A DNA stretch of 60,193 nucleotides, filler included, from Sphacelaria rigidula (Eukaryota), in the NCBI GenBank assembly GCA_964200075.2. It is 10 parts of 10 records of this genome, joined end to end, with 100 filler letters (N's around TTAATTAATTAA, not from the genome) between each part and the next. Parts side by side here need not be neighbours in the genome. Positions count along the whole stretch, not along the records: positions 36,178 to 42,106 come from CAXNAA020023414.1; positions 42,207 to 48,135 come from CAXNAA020023415.1; positions 48,236 to 54,164 come from CAXNAA020023416.1; 7 more parts are not named here. One strand, 5' to 3'. The notes under the pieces are model-generated. The model searched no databases. It had not been told where the DNA came from and saw nothing but the letters and a program-made list of their open reading frames with translations. The position numbers and the translations under genes were made by a program. This document shows positions 37,022 to 49,983 of the stretch, piece by piece (position 1 is the first letter of the stretch; the number at the start of each line of letters is the position of its first letter).

Positions 37022-37342
37022 TGTAACCTAGTGAACGGCTGTTACAAGGGTTATTTTCCCAGGAGCCCCGAAATTCCCATATCTGTACAGCCGGATCTGG
37101 GACCCCAAGGTAACAGGGATCTTCCCAGCGAACTGCTGGCTATCCCTGGGGGATCACTCTTGACTTAGACTCTCGGACTTCGTCATCGGGCTAACTCGCT
37201 CGCGCTCGTCGAGCTTTTCCGAGTGATCCACTGTGCCCCAACCCCCATGACTTACGGTCAATCCTTGACTACATAACCCGAGGAAAATTATCGGCCACCT
37301 TCGACGGTTCCTACCGTCACCGGGAGTCTCACGACTTCCACA
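37022..37342 (+). mobile_element. Probable orphan LTR (TGTAAC...CCACA) followed by a tRNA-Ser PBS
   Basis: Ends in CA, one nt before TGGCGACACC (PBS-type); the 5' boundary is tentative; no internal domains follow. Confidence 0.45.
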
Positions 37343-37343
37343 T

Positions 37344-37399
37344 TGGCGACACCAGTGAGATTCAAACTCACGCGTGCGAAGCACATTGACTTAGCAGGC
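37344..37399 (-). pseudogene. 3' part of tRNA-Ser(GCT) including an encoded CCA
   Basis: Minus strand gc-CTGCTAA-gtcaa-tgtgcttcgcacgc-gtgag-tttgaat-ctcac-tggtgtcg-CCA: anticodon loop GCT, long serine variable arm, T arm, G discriminator, CCA; D arm and 5' acceptor strand absent. Confidence 0.8.
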
Positions 37400-40300
37400 T
37401 TGCACACCATTTTTTTTTTTCTTGCCAAAACGTCTGAAGCAAATTTGCAACGAGAGACGGTACCGCGCGCGTGTTTCCAAGCACGCCACTTGAGTGCGAT
37501 CAGTGTACTGCATATCGTGCTGTGGATCTTGTTGGATGCTGTTTGCGCTGCTTGACTAAAATATGTACGTGGAGCAAAAACGGACACCGCCTGTGTGCTC
37601 GTGTGCGTTCTATTGATGAGGTTAGGTAATTCCTGTGGAAGTCGACTCTGCATCGCGAGGCTTCCTGTGTTTCCAGCTGGGCGTCAACCGTGGGGATGAT
37701 CCGTCCACATTGGCGCGCGCGTTTTGCGACAAGCACCATCTGGGTCCAGAGTGAGTTGTGCGCATACTGAAGAACCGTTGGAGACTAGGACTCCTTCCGG
37801 AATAACACAAAGGGGGCGGCGGGGGGGTACTCATTTGTTGCTTGCCTCAGTCGTTTGATCATTGGCCACGTATCCCTTTCGAGATGGAGCAATGGTGTGT
37901 GTGTGTGTGTGTGTGTGCAAAACAGAGCAAGCGGACAAAAAGCTTCCTCCATGTGAGTGCACATGGGCACATTATGCAGCACAGACCGTTTCTAATAGTG
38001 TGCTCGACTCTAGAATGGCGCGTTCATGACGAGGTGTTGATGTTTACTAGGACTGTGTGTTGGGATCACTACACAACGGCCAATGACAGTATTTTGCAGT
38101 GTGTCAACAGCTGATCATCAGCGGCGTCAATATACCAACATATTGTTGCTCATGCTGTAGGTCGTTATCCACCGAAATTTACTCATGTTACGGTTATTTT
38201 CCGGGAATATTTCCACGTAAATATCATATATGGGTGTGATCCATTTGTTAACTGGCGTCGTTTTTGAGTCGGCTCTCAAGCGATTTACTATAGGCTTTCA
38301 TCCCTGGTTGGTGGGGGTCCGATCCCAGAAAGGGTGAGACTGACTGCGAGTACAGATTTCTCCGAAATCTCGCGTCAGATTTTTTATAGCTTCTTATTTT
38401 ACCTGAAAAGGTGAGCAAAAAAATGCATTTTTCCGGGAGATTTTTTTTTTTTAAATAAATTTCTCCGCTGACTGACCCGTCATGAGTGATGTATTTCGAA
38501 GTTGGAAACTCAGCCAGCTTTATCTCAGCTTGAGGATGGTTTCATAACTCCTGCGATGCCCGTGTTCTCGCCCGGCGTGAGCATGCTCCTTGTGTCCGCA
38601 GTGTTGTGTCTTTTTGGCTCGTTTGCCCACTGTTTTATTTGCTCATGGATGCATCTGTATCCCTTGTATCCCAGTATACCGTCCGTGACGTATATCTACA
38701 CTGAGAAATGACAAGTGAAGCAACCGTACAGGGGTAGCGCTTCATTCACTCTCCGGATTGGCCTACACTGACCACATGATCAGCATGCGGTTGAGGTGAA
38801 GTTGATTGGGTTCGAATCGTTGAGATATTTGGCAGCACAACCCGAAAAAGCTCACTTCAAGATAACACCAGGGTGGACTGCTCTTGATGTTTTTTTGTTT
38901 GTTTTTTTCAGTGCGTATTGGGCGTGTCATTTCTTGTGTCGTTCATGCCTTGGAGTAATGAATGGTGTAGTGATTGATCGATTAAGTAGGTTTTGGATCG
39001 TCTCATATGGCCTACTCCTCCGCTTGGAATCTAGATGTGGGCATAAGAAAAACGTTTCGAAGCAGGTAGTGCCCCTAGCAGTTGTTGTGTGAAGGGGGAC
39101 TCGGGCATCACAACGATAAGGTAAGGAAGGAAGAGATAGAGGATAAAACGAAGAAAAACGACAAAATAATAAAACTGAGATGCCACGCTAGACTGCACAC
39201 CCTGGACAAACGGTTCCATTGTAAAAAAATGTACTGCGCACAGTATAGAATCTATTGTCTGTTGCAATAGACACAATAGTCGATACTGTACGCAGCACAC
39301 TTTTTGACTGTGTAGTCTTTTGTCCAGGGTGTGCTAGACTAACAAACGGCTCAGGGAAGGAATCGGACGAGACTCTCAATAGGGCACAAGACGGGAGACT
39401 ACACAAGAAGCAAAGCCGTCGGGGCAAGAAGATGGCCACTCAGCCATGCAGAAACCGAACAATTACTTCTTTGAAGGCAGGAAGGAATACGTAAATCCCA
39501 TTTCATCTTTGACAAATACGCCTCCGCCCGGCCTCGCCCTCCCTCCCCGCTTCGCCCCCTCTCGCGTGTCTGGATCGCGTGCTTTGATCAACACAGATAC
39601 GTGCCACAGATCGAGCAGTTCGTCGCCATGGTGGCGTTGATGTCATGAGCTCAAAAACAGTTCCGGAACGAAGTTGCAGAGTCTACGCTGCGTGGCTAGA
39701 CTTGAATCCCGACCATACGGAATCTTCGGAATGGATCCAAACCCACCCAATGTCTGCTGTAGTAGTATCATCCCAGGACATGCGTGACCGCATGCAAAAC
39801 AGTCGAACTTCAACGAACGGTGGAGGTTTAGGGGCCCGAATATTCATCAGCGGGCCGTGTTGGACTTTCAGGTGGATGGGTAAAGGAGATGTTCTAGCAC
39901 AGGCAGTACTGTAGATGCCGATATAGTGCCAAAAATACTATTTGTCCCCCCGTGGGCGAAGGGTTAAGGGGATGGCATTTAGCGTACGAGTGTCTTTCGG
40001 CACCTAATGAGTCACACACATGATTCCCCCGCGCCCCGGTAGTACTGAGGTGGTGAATATCAAAGCTTGTTGGGGTTTAGGGCGGATTTAAGGGTTCGAA
40101 TCTTAGCAGATGTGTTGCCTGATTTTTTTTTCTGTGGAGGATCTGATTTTCGTCGTTAAAAACGTGAGCACGTGAGTACCGAGGAAAAGGTTGGCGAGAG
40201 TGGACGCGTTGCGGGAGTAATAATATAATTGATGGTGCCGAGATGTTAGGCGTGTTGTGTGCCGGGGGGAAGCATGTTGACCCCTTGAGGGGGCTGACGT

Positions 40301-41064
40301 GTTTCGAAGAGGGAGAGGGGTTGAAAGCGTGGCGGGAGCAGGATAGGGGCCGGTGGGAGTACATACGATGTACGTCACATCGTTTTCGTTGCTTTGATTT
40401 AGCTTCTGTCGCTTCCGCCGCTGGTGAGCGCCATGCGGTGCCATGCCGTGTTCTTGATCTCTATCGCCGGCCGTGTACAGTACCGTGCCGGAAGCACCTT
40501 CCCTATCTCGGTAGTCTCGGTGAGCAATGCTGACTGAAGGTACGCAAGCGCGCCCTCCTCTGATGTCGGCGTGGTTTCTCGAGCTATCGCTCTTCTCTGG
40601 AGGCAACGAAGAAAACAAACCAAGAACGAAAAGACCCTGTGGACATGTGGTACCTTTCCCGATAGGGTTGGCGTCGGTTGGGCACGACGATGAAAAACAC
40701 GCCACTCACTGCGTAAGCTAGCCAACCCGGTTACCGTTTTTGCTCGCGCGCTTGCCCGTTTTTTGCGGTAACCGTGATGGTGGTCGAGGTACATCATATA
40801 TTGCGGCGTGGAAGAATCTCACTCCCGCGCAAAGGGGATGCTCATATTACGCTGTATTTGAATGATGGGACACCCATGAGGCAGTGTGTAAACCGTGATC
40901 GTCTCTGGAAGTGGCGATACAAGAAAATGAGGCAACTCATGCGAGGCTGTCATCCATATATGCAAGGTAATCAGTACGCTTCGGGCCGAACAATCTTAGC
41001 AGGATTCAGCTCATCCTACATACGACTCGCCGAACCCATCATGCCGCTTCACGCTGGGTCATTG

Positions 41065-41325
41065 ATTGTGAGCCTGGTCTGGCGAAAACCCGGTGTGCTC
41101 CGTCCCGGCTAGGGATGCGAGGTCAATTGTCATATGACTACAGCATGCAAGGTCACGAGTACCCACCTCCCCCCCCTCCCCCGGCTTCGTAGGGATGCGA
41201 GGTCAATGGTATTGTGACTGTAACATGCAAGACCATGAGCACACCCCCGTCTCGAAAGGGATGCGTGGTCAATGGTCACACGACTAAGGCAAGCAACAAA
41301 TGAGAACTCCCCCCCCCCCCTCCTC
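41065..41325 (+). repeat. High-copy composite repeat with about 75-80-bp subunits; copies at about 61-95, 18091-18130, 23845-23925(-), 36178-36240, 37815-37890(-), 42045-42106(-), 42265-42380, 46165-46260(-), 48315-48525
   Basis: Leader gcctggtc.ggcgaaaac..gg.gtgctccgtcc, then repeated (t)agggatgcgaggtcaatggt....gac.a..gcatgca...tc.tgagtac(C)n, ending with cgac..aggcaagcaacaaatgag. Confidence 0.85.
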
Positions 41326-41820
41326 AAAATATCTTGGTGCCGGACCCGTATAGGCTGAGGGCGATTACCGTTAGTTTTCTCGTTTTTTTTTTTTTCGGGG
41401 GAATGTAAATGAAGGCAGTACTGTATACCCGCGGCATATTTCCTTCGTGATGACTGACGTGTGGAACAGCCAGTGCCTTTGCCGGAGGCCTGTGTGCAGC
41501 AAGGAAGATGTCTTCATTCTTACTTTTCTTGTAACTCTTGTCGGGGGAGGAGTGAGGCCGCTTGCTCAACATCGGCTAGTCTCGAGGGCGGTGGCGTAGG
41601 AAACGGTACGATGCAATGGCCGATGGGCGTTACGGTGTCGAAGCTTTTTACCCAGGGAAACGTGTTTCGAAACCGTTCCAAGGTGACCTAAAGGAATCAG
41701 GTAGAGTCTTAAGTCGTGTGCTCCGGGCTGTCAATCGCCCAGACACTCTGGGACATACTCGGTGTTTTTGACGGTGTACTCGGGGGTACTCAGTACTTTC
41801 TTCGAACCCGTCGATGTATT

Positions 41821-42050
41821 GAGTGACGCCGCGATAGCCCCCCCCCCAAAAAAATCAGCTCAGACACTGTCGCGAAGACAATGGCCATATATCGCATTTG
41901 TTTCAGACTGCATGAAGCGCTTCATATGGGCGACATTGGCAAAAACAATGCCAAGCGTGGGAGTTCGTAATTGCTCGGTATGCTCGGCTTTCGTCATTTT
42001 GATTTACATTCAGATTTCACTTCCTTAAACCAGTCACTTTTCTTGGGGGG
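41821..42050 (+). mobile_element. MITE copy (same family as 49370-49628), right end truncated by the composite repeat
   Basis: gagtgacgccgcgatagcccccccc terminus and shared interior (ctgtc.cgaaga.aat.gccata, agactgcatga.gcgc.tcatat, gtgggagttc). Confidence 0.65.
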
Positions 42051-42533
42051 GTGTACTCGTGATCATGCATGCCATAGTCATCAGACCATTGACCTCGCAT
42101 CCCTACNNNNNNNNNNNNNNNNNNNNNNNNNNNNNNNNNNNNNNNNNNNNTTAATTAATTAANNNNNNNNNNNNNNNNNNNNNNNNNNNNNNNNNNNNNN
42201 NNNNNNAGCTCACCCTTCATGCGATCGCCGAACACACCACGGTGCTTTGCGCTCGGTGATTTGAATGCAAGCCTGGTCCGGCGAAAACCTGGCGTGCTCC
42301 GTCCGGGCATTGTAGGGATGCGGAATCAACGGTCTTATGACTATGGCATGCATGGTCATGAGTACACCCTCCCCCCCGAGCTATATGTACGTGAGGTGTA
42401 TGGCGAGTTGTGGGTACTGTACCCAAACCCGTTGAAGGACGACAGAGGCTTTGAACCTTGCTTTATCCTTTTGCCCCTCGTCGTTGCCCTATATGTGGTA
42501 GGCCCACAGCAAGATGTACAAAGGTGTTCGCAC

Positions 42534-42706
42534 CTGTGGCGGCGTTCGGCATACTTGAAGCAGGTAGAACTTGTCCCCAAAATAGGTGGACGCGAGGAAT
42601 ACGGCTACGAGCGGGTACAGCACCGGCAGAGCTGATGAGAAGGTCACGGCAACCGCCATCATCATGAGGGTGATGGGCAGTCGCAATGACAAATCAAAGT
42701 TTTTGC
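42534..42706 (-). CDS. TMC/CSC1-like (anoctamin superfamily) membrane channel, last of four visible exons
   Basis: cag|gc...cag|gt; G-KNFDLSLRLPITLMMMAVAVTFSSALPVLYPLVAVFLASTYFGDKFYLLQVCRTPPQ; phase-1 join with the exon ending at 44816. Confidence 0.85.
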
Positions 42707-43010
42707 CTGCTCGAGTGTGGAACAGCAAGCGGACGGGTGGGAAAGACGTACGCATGCGCGAAACACGAGCATTCCGTCGAACATGATGATCACACACGAT
42801 CACGCATATATTCTCTCACACACATACGTATCCACACCCACAACGCACACGACTCAAGACACGGGTAGGGTGATGGATGGCATAAACACGGTAAGGAAAG
42901 AGTCATCTGTGAAACCGGCCAGACAATAGGTGCAGGTTGCCTTGCAACATCGTTGCTTTGGTTTTGAACGGTAATCGCATGGTACTAGTGTTCCTTTCCT
43001 AAATATTTCA

Positions 43011-43135
<125 letters not shown>

Positions 43136-44815
43136 GTCTCGTTTTTGTTGCTGACCTGTCGCCGTCGTCGTTGTTGTTTCTCATGTGAAGTACTGGTATA
43201 GCGCTCCAGTTAGGGAGGGACCGACTGGTTATCTCCCTCCTATGGGTTGTTATTGGTTGGCAACGCATTCAACTACACTGCACGGCCATTGCTGTTTTTC
43301 GTGTGCACAGAGGCATGATTGAGGGGGACTCTGCGTACTGATACGGCACGATCTCTTTGTTCATGTCCTTATCTCTGAGGTTCCCAACCACGAGCTCCGA
43401 GTTTTCAATTGTCCAAGGATAGAACAAGCTGGCAAACACCTACACGTATTGAAAACGAGAGATAACTCATACCGCGAAACACCAACACCTGATTCGGTTA
43501 GCATGCAGGCTGTTTGTTTGCCTCTACTGAAAAATATTTTTTTCCCGATAGTATGTGCGGCATGGATGGAGAAAATGAAGTTAGCGAAAAAAAAGAACGT
43601 TTTTCAAACTTCTACTTCCTTGTCGTTTTTCACACCAGGTTTTCGATACAGCAGCAGGTAGCCTGCCATTGTTTGAAGAAAAGGAAAAAAAGGGGGGGGG
43701 GGGGAAATATACTCTTGTTTTGCGAGAAAGCCAGCTACGAACATCGGTAGAGTACACAGGGGAAAATACGCATGAAATAGAAATGAGCCCCCGACCCACG
43801 ATGGGTATGTAGGTACCGCTGATCAACACAAGCACATCAACTTATTTTCATCGACAGGAAACGTTTGCTGGCTAACCTTCACGTTAACTCTTCGATCGCG
43901 AGCAGTTGTAGCCAACATGACTGAACCAAAAAATCCATGGCACAAAGTAAGACGCAATCGCATCCTGCACCCCTGTATTGCATCTGTTGGCGGTGGCAGA
44001 GCACAACCTCGCGCGGAAAAGAATGAGACTGTCAGAAAGATTGCTGTTCCGAGACCGGGGCCCGCAGCCGAAGGGCCACCACGTCCACAGTCGATGTCCT
44101 CGTAGCACACACTCTATTGTACTCTAAATGGAGTGGCATCGCCAAGCGCAGAAACAGGAGACTTTTCCCCGACCAAGGACCGGGAGCGATCAGGAAGGAC
44201 ATCGGAGTCCGCCTATGCAAGCGTCTCTCTTACGTGCACGCATAAATATGCCCAGATTCTTCAAGTGGTCGGCGCCGTCTCATTGAAGCGCACGTGTTCA
44301 TGTTCGACATGAATATACTCCAAACAGATTACTTCTCCACGGTGTTTTCCCGTAAAGCAGTAACGATAGCCTTCGAGCAGGCTTGACTCTGAAGGTGTCC
44401 GCAAATAAATACCTGGGTCTGGCAGTGAATTCTTTTAATGAATGCGAGTATGCCTAATCAACGGATGGGCGTACCTGGGCGAGAAAATAGTGACATGCTT
44501 TTTTTCTTTACAAGCGCTCCGGTCCTCCGAGGGTCGGATGGTTGGTTAACCAGTTATAATTCTATGACGACATCTACTACTGTACCTGAGCCATTAAGGC
44601 TATGGTACCATGCCATTTACTTGTAGAAACCACCTGAATACACAACAGTAGCATCAGCAACTTATTCGAGAAAGTATTGAAAAAAATAGCGACAGTGACG
44701 ACAACGACAACGACGGCGACGACGACAACAACAACAGCAACAACGACGACAACCCACCCGCGAGCTACACACGCACAGAATGGACGCATACGAGGGTACT
44801 GAGGAGAACGCTCAC

Positions 44816-45050
44816 CCTTCCAACTTTTGTTCAACTCTTTCTGCGTCACCGCAGCCGCAGCACTTGCCGCCCTTCTCCTCCAAGGACCGAAAACAAAGTA
44901 TTCCAAGGCATCCGGCGTCCTTGGCGCGACAACGTTGATGGCTATTGTCGTCACCAAAGCTTCGCCCGTTGTGGTGTACCATTCCGCGCTCGCCGTTGCT
45001 TGGCTCGCGCTGTCCGTGGAGGCTTCCGTGCTCAACGGACCGAAAATCTC
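44816..45050 (-). CDS. TMC/CSC1-like channel, third visible exon
   Basis: catcag|gag ... aag g|gtgag; EIFGPLSTE..AEWYTTTGEALVTTIAINVVAP..TQKELNKSWK; 235 bp = 78 codons + 1. Confidence 0.85.
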
Positions 45051-45289
45051 CTGATGAACATATTAGATCGCGTGTTTCTGCAGTTGGTTTGCGAGGTGTG
45101 CTGCGGGCTGGTGCATGTTCGGGTTTTGGTGGTTGTCTCAGGTGTTCGGTAGCCGGATGTTTCTGGTGTTGTCGTGAAATTGATATTGATACTGATCGGG
45201 AAATGGTGGTGGGGATGGTCGGGGTACTCGTGTTAGGTGACGTTGTTGTATCTGCTGCTATTATTACTACTGTTAGGTTTTGTTGTTGC

Positions 45290-45362
<73 letters not shown>

Positions 45363-45660
45363 ATTGGCATTGCTGGTATTGGCGGTAGCGGTGGTGGTGG
45401 TAATGGGCGTAGTGTTTCGAAAGTCACCTGGACGGTATAATTTCCTAGATGTACCTTTCGGGCTAGTATTCAGAGTGCTCATCTGTGGATTGCTGGTGTA
45501 TCACCTCGTGAGCAGAGAGTATCCAGTGTGGGGAGGGCGAGTGTTTCACGATTTGAGTCGTTTTGTTGGATTATCATTCTCATATGTGACCACGGAAGGC
45601 GTCTGCATCAGATGCCCAGTACGAATGTACCGCGCAGATATCNNNNNNNNNNGTAAAGAC

Positions 45661-45734
<74 letters not shown>

Positions 45735-46512
45735 ATGACACGTACTTTATTCAACACAACTAATGGCTGTCTTGCCTGGCCTGATCATAGCGTGAATACG
45801 CGGCATGAAGTATGGTTTCTAGAACTTGGCGTGTACGACCGGGAGTAGATTGTTTTGTGCTCAGAGTTCAAGGTGAGTTTATACCGATGAATCGGTGGCG
45901 TGCCCAGTGCGAACTTGATGGTCTGTGTGGTACGTCTCAACACCGATCAGGGCGCCGCGGAGTGTTCGACTCCCAGCGTCTAAAGTTCTCGACGTTATTT
46001 TTCTTCATCCGGAGCGCATCTGATTTCCGTCGCTGAAACATGTGGACGTGAGTAGCAAGTTTGACGTAAGCCAACGCGGTGCAGGAGTGTTGATCCAATC
46101 TGCGGTAGTCAAATACCAGGCACTTACCGGGGATAGATGAGTTGATTCCTTCACAATATAGAGTCGTCTCGAAGAGGAGGGGGGAGAGGGGGGGGTACTC
46201 ATTTGTTGCTTGCCCTAGTCGTGTCACCATTGACCACGCATCCCTTTCGAGACGGAGCACGAGGGAGCACAGAGGGGGCGGGTAACATGCATGAAGGTAT
46301 AGATACTAAGAGTAATACGTCTATACCAAAACGTTTTCACTACTGGTTTGTGTCGTATTGCAAGTAAAATCATGTTGGCCGTGTCTTTTCTCGCCGTCAA
46401 TGTTCGGCCGTGTGGTCGTTCCTGCCAGCAGCTTGTGGCGAAGAGTTTAGTATCGGCCTCGTGCATTTGGTGTATACTGTATAGCAACAGCTAGCTGATC
46501 GAGTGTTCCTAC

Positions 46513-46656
46513 CTCGAACGATTGGGTCAAGTTGACCAGCAGCACCACGCAGGCCGAGTTCAGGAAAAGCGCGATGGCCGTCTTCCACGACGTACTCACG
46601 GCCCGCTCGGTCACGGACGGATGCCGCTCAAACGCACCCATCCCATTCATTGCATG
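46513..46656 (-). CDS. TMC/CSC1-like channel, second visible exon
   Basis: gcgcag|cat ... gag|gtagg; HAMNGMGAFERHPSVTERAVSTSWKTAIALFLNSACVVLLVNLTQSFE; 144 bp. Confidence 0.85.
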
Positions 46657-47789
46657 CTGCGCAAACAAGAAGCAAACGAAGAGATGAGAACGACTAAGAA
46701 TACATTATAAAGATCGTCACGCACAACATAAGATTAGTCGACGCCATTCGAGAGTAGGAGCAGTGGTAAGACAGAGACCGACAGAGGCCGACAGAGACAG
46801 ACAGAGACAGACAGAGACAGAGAAGGAGTAGAGAAACGTGGCGCTTTGGAGCCCGAATGGTGTGAAGCAGTAGGTAGTCGCCGCGCCCCGATCGTCGAAA
46901 TTGGCGCATCGATATTCCACTACAAGTAGTAGTTTGTGTGATTTTTGTTAGCTCGGGGTTTGTCCGAAAACGTGATAATGAGTGCCAGCGAATTTGACTT
47001 GATAAATCAACATGCTACGGGAGTAAATCGTGTTCCAATTCTCCGAATACTGTTCAAGGCAATTGCACAACGTACTGGAGGATGGTTTAATCGGTTCATT
47101 CCTAAGATGACGAAGTTATCCTTCCAATATTTGGACGCCCATTGCATCTTTTCCATACACTACACCCCCTTCCTGTTCCGCCGTCTTTTGTCACCATCAA
47201 TCTCCTAGGATAGCGATCATTTTCTCGCTGTTATCTAATGCACCAAACGTATTTACGTCATATTATTTCAGTTCCCTCATCTCCCCGGACACACCCCGTT
47301 CGTCCTTGCATGGTTCACTCTCCCCTGATATGAGTTTCGTTCTTTATTCCTTTGCCAAAAGGACTATTTTGTGTGAGGCGGGGGGCGGGGGGCGGGGGAA
47401 AGAGGTAGTGAGGAACGCGGGCGTAAAAACTGCGACCAAAAGGGAAAGGATATAACAACTACGAGGAGGCGTGGAAAGAGCAAAATGCAGCACTGCCCAA
47501 TGCGTCACCGCTCAACCAATGCATCACGCATGTCCCGTTACGATGTACTGTCATCACCTGGGCACAGGGGAAACGTACAAGCTTGTGATACTTTCTGATC
47601 TGAGTCGAGCGTAACCTCGGCTTCGGCTTCGACTTCGACAGCCAAGTCAATGAGTCCACACACCCGTACCAACACCAACAAGGATTTCGTGACTTGGGTT
47701 CTAGTGCACGAGTACTCGTAAGTAAAGATGCCGCCGACAGCGTCGGGGCCAAAGAGTTGGGCGTTCCTTTGGGAAGGTTGCGCTTTCAC

Positions 47790-47936
47790 CTTGAGCCCAA
47801 AGTTGATCAAGACGACGTTCGTGGAAGCCACAAGTGTCAAGAGTTGCCCCAAGTAATATGTGGAGGCGTACGTCCAGCACTCGCCGCCCGTTCTCTTCGA
47901 GAAGTCGAACGCGTCGAGACCCTCGTCCTCTATCTC
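47790..47936 (-). CDS. TMC/CSC1-like channel, first visible exon (alternative acceptor would start the exon at 47940)
   Basis: cag|gag ... aag|gtgaaa; EIEDEGLDAFDFSKRTGGECWTYASTYYLGQLLTLVASTNVVLINFGLK. Confidence 0.8.
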
Positions 47937-48670
47937 CTGCCTGCGATTAATCAGGGAAAAGTTCGGATTCTTCTGCATTTCTCTGTCTTTCTTCTCTCCA
48001 TTTTTCCTTCTCTTTTTTTCTTTCTGTGCTTGCTTTTACTTCAGGTCCGTTCGTTCCCCCTTGCGTTTTTCTCCTTCCGTGCTGCTTCTTTGCTCCCTTT
48101 TGCTGTTTTCTTTGACCGTCCTCTTTACATTTTCTNNNNNNNNNNNNNNNNNNNNNNNNNNNNNNNNNNNNNNNNNNNNTTAATTAATTAANNNNNNNNN
48201 NNNNNNNNNNNNNNNNNNNNNNNNNNNNNNNNNNNGTCGTCAAAACCTCCCCCTAGACTATTGAAAGATGCTGCAAATTGCCCTTCTCCCCCCCCCCCCC
48301 CCGCCCCCGGTTCCCCCTGATTGCGAGCCTGGTCCAGCGGAAACTTGGCGTGTTCCGTCCCGACTTAGTAGGGATGCGAGGCCAATGGTTAAATGACCAC
48401 GACATGCAGGATCGTGAGTACCCCCCTTCCCCCCCCTCCCCCCCTCTCTCCCGCTTTGTAGGGATGCGAGATCAATGCTTTCATGGATACGGCATGCAAT
48501 ATCATGAGTAGGTCCCCCGTTCCCCCAGCCGATTGTTCGAACGTAGCCTTGGCCTGGAACCGCCCCTACGTGTGAGGAGTGTGGAGACAATTGACAACTT
48601 TTCACGCTCGCGATCCCTAATTGTAGCACAAAATTCCAATGAAGAACGCGTTGAATGTTGCCTCACTGAC

Positions 48671-48772
48671 CTTCATAGCGTTGTATCGGTATGTGATCTG
48701 GTACTGGACCGTATCCTCTGGTGAGCGAGCATACTGAAGCGACATGAGCTCCACAAACTTGTACTCCATGTT
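48671..48772 (-). CDS. SAS6L: SAS-6-like protein exon 5 (later exon(s) off the contig)
   Basis: gcag|aac ... aag|gtcagt; NMEYKFVELMSLQYARSPEDTVQYQITYRYNAMK. Confidence 0.9.
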
Positions 48773-49013
48773 CTGCATCCGGCGTCATCGTACACGTGAG
48801 CGCTTGGGGTTGCATTCACACCATTCAAACGTTTGTTCTTGGGGTTCGTGGACTACACTCACCCGGGGAAACCCATACGCTGAAGAAACCATCACGATGA
48901 AACAAACACTATCCCCGGGTAAGTTGTTATTGAAGTGGATAAATATACCGCATGCAAATGACGATCACGCGAGTTAAAAAAAGGTAATTCTTGTTCTCGA
49001 ACATCAGGCTGAC

Positions 49014-49166
49014 CTGTATAAAATCCAAGCGGGCATTTACGTCATGCTGCATGACGAATACCGCCAAGTGGCTATGTGGCTCCTTTATGCAGTTGTTCAG
49101 CATGCGAATGAGAACATTAGGGTAGTCCTGGAATTCCACCATGAGCTTCTGATCTTCTTGCATCAC
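49014..49166 (-). CDS. SAS6L: SAS-6-like protein exon 4
   Basis: ttttttcag|gtg ... cag|gtcagc; VMQEDQKLMVEFQDYPNVLIRMLNNCIKEPHSHLAVFVMQHDVNARLDFIQ (SAS-6 head, PISA-like region). Confidence 0.92.
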
Positions 49167-49369
49167 CTGAAAAAAAGAGGGAAATGCGGCTCATTGCTGG
49201 AATTATTTCCCAGATGAGGACGAGCTGAAGTACTATTCCAATGTCTGAAGGTTGACATTGATCGGGAGACGCAAATCTCCGTGATTGAGCTTGGGTTATT
49301 CGTAACGTCGGCAAGCAACCATGATTATACCAATATGACCAGCATTGTTCGTTCCGCCTTCGCACTTTG

Positions 49370-49628
49370 GAGTGATGACGCGATAGCCCCCCCCCCCACC
49401 CCCCTCAGACCAATCCCAAAACTGTCACGAAGAAAATTGCCATACAGCGCATGACAGCGGTTGTAGACTGCATGATGCGCGTCATATTTACGACATCGGC
49501 GGAAACGATCCTGGGTGTGGGAGTTCCCAGCTCTCGGCTCTTTTTGTCACTGACTTTTCGCGTGTACATTTTGCCTCCTCAGACCAGCCACTTTTCTGGG
49601 GAGGGGGGGCTGCATCGCGGTATCACTC
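49370..49628. mobile_element. MITE inside SAS6L intron 3
   Basis: TIRs gagtgatgacgcgatagcccccc / gggggggctgcatcgcggtatcactc. Confidence 0.7.
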
Positions 49629-49884
49629 TTCAGAGCGTCATCGATATTGCGCACTCGGCGTGTTACGGAAGAACATCATCCATCGTACCACGTAGTATGT
49701 ATTTGTTGTCAACAAGAAAAGTAATCATACGCGGTTGTTGACGTACGCTCGTCATGCCAAATGCTATGCTGCCGCCGCTGGGGCCAGAAAGTAGAGCACA
49801 TTGCAGCCAACTGGGGTATATATAGGCCCTACCATATAGCTGGAAGATCACATGCAAATATAGATTAAGAATATTTCTCATCAC

Positions 49885-49983
49885 CTGGAAGGTCGCCTCG
49901 TCTGTACTGTGAGCATAGTGAAAGAAGAGGTCAGCTTCGCTGGAGAGCTCCACTCTGACACATTGAGGTGCAGCGTCATCCCC
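49885..49983 (-). CDS. SAS6L: SAS-6-like protein exon 3
   Basis: taacag|ggg ... cag|gtgatg; GDDAAPQCVRVELSSEADLFFHYAHSTDEATFQ. Confidence 0.92.

Noticed and set aside
39945..39967. piggyBac-like end (...AAGGG-TTAA); similar TTAACCCTTT at about 60120
   Set aside because: No matching opposite TIR or transposase on the same contigs.
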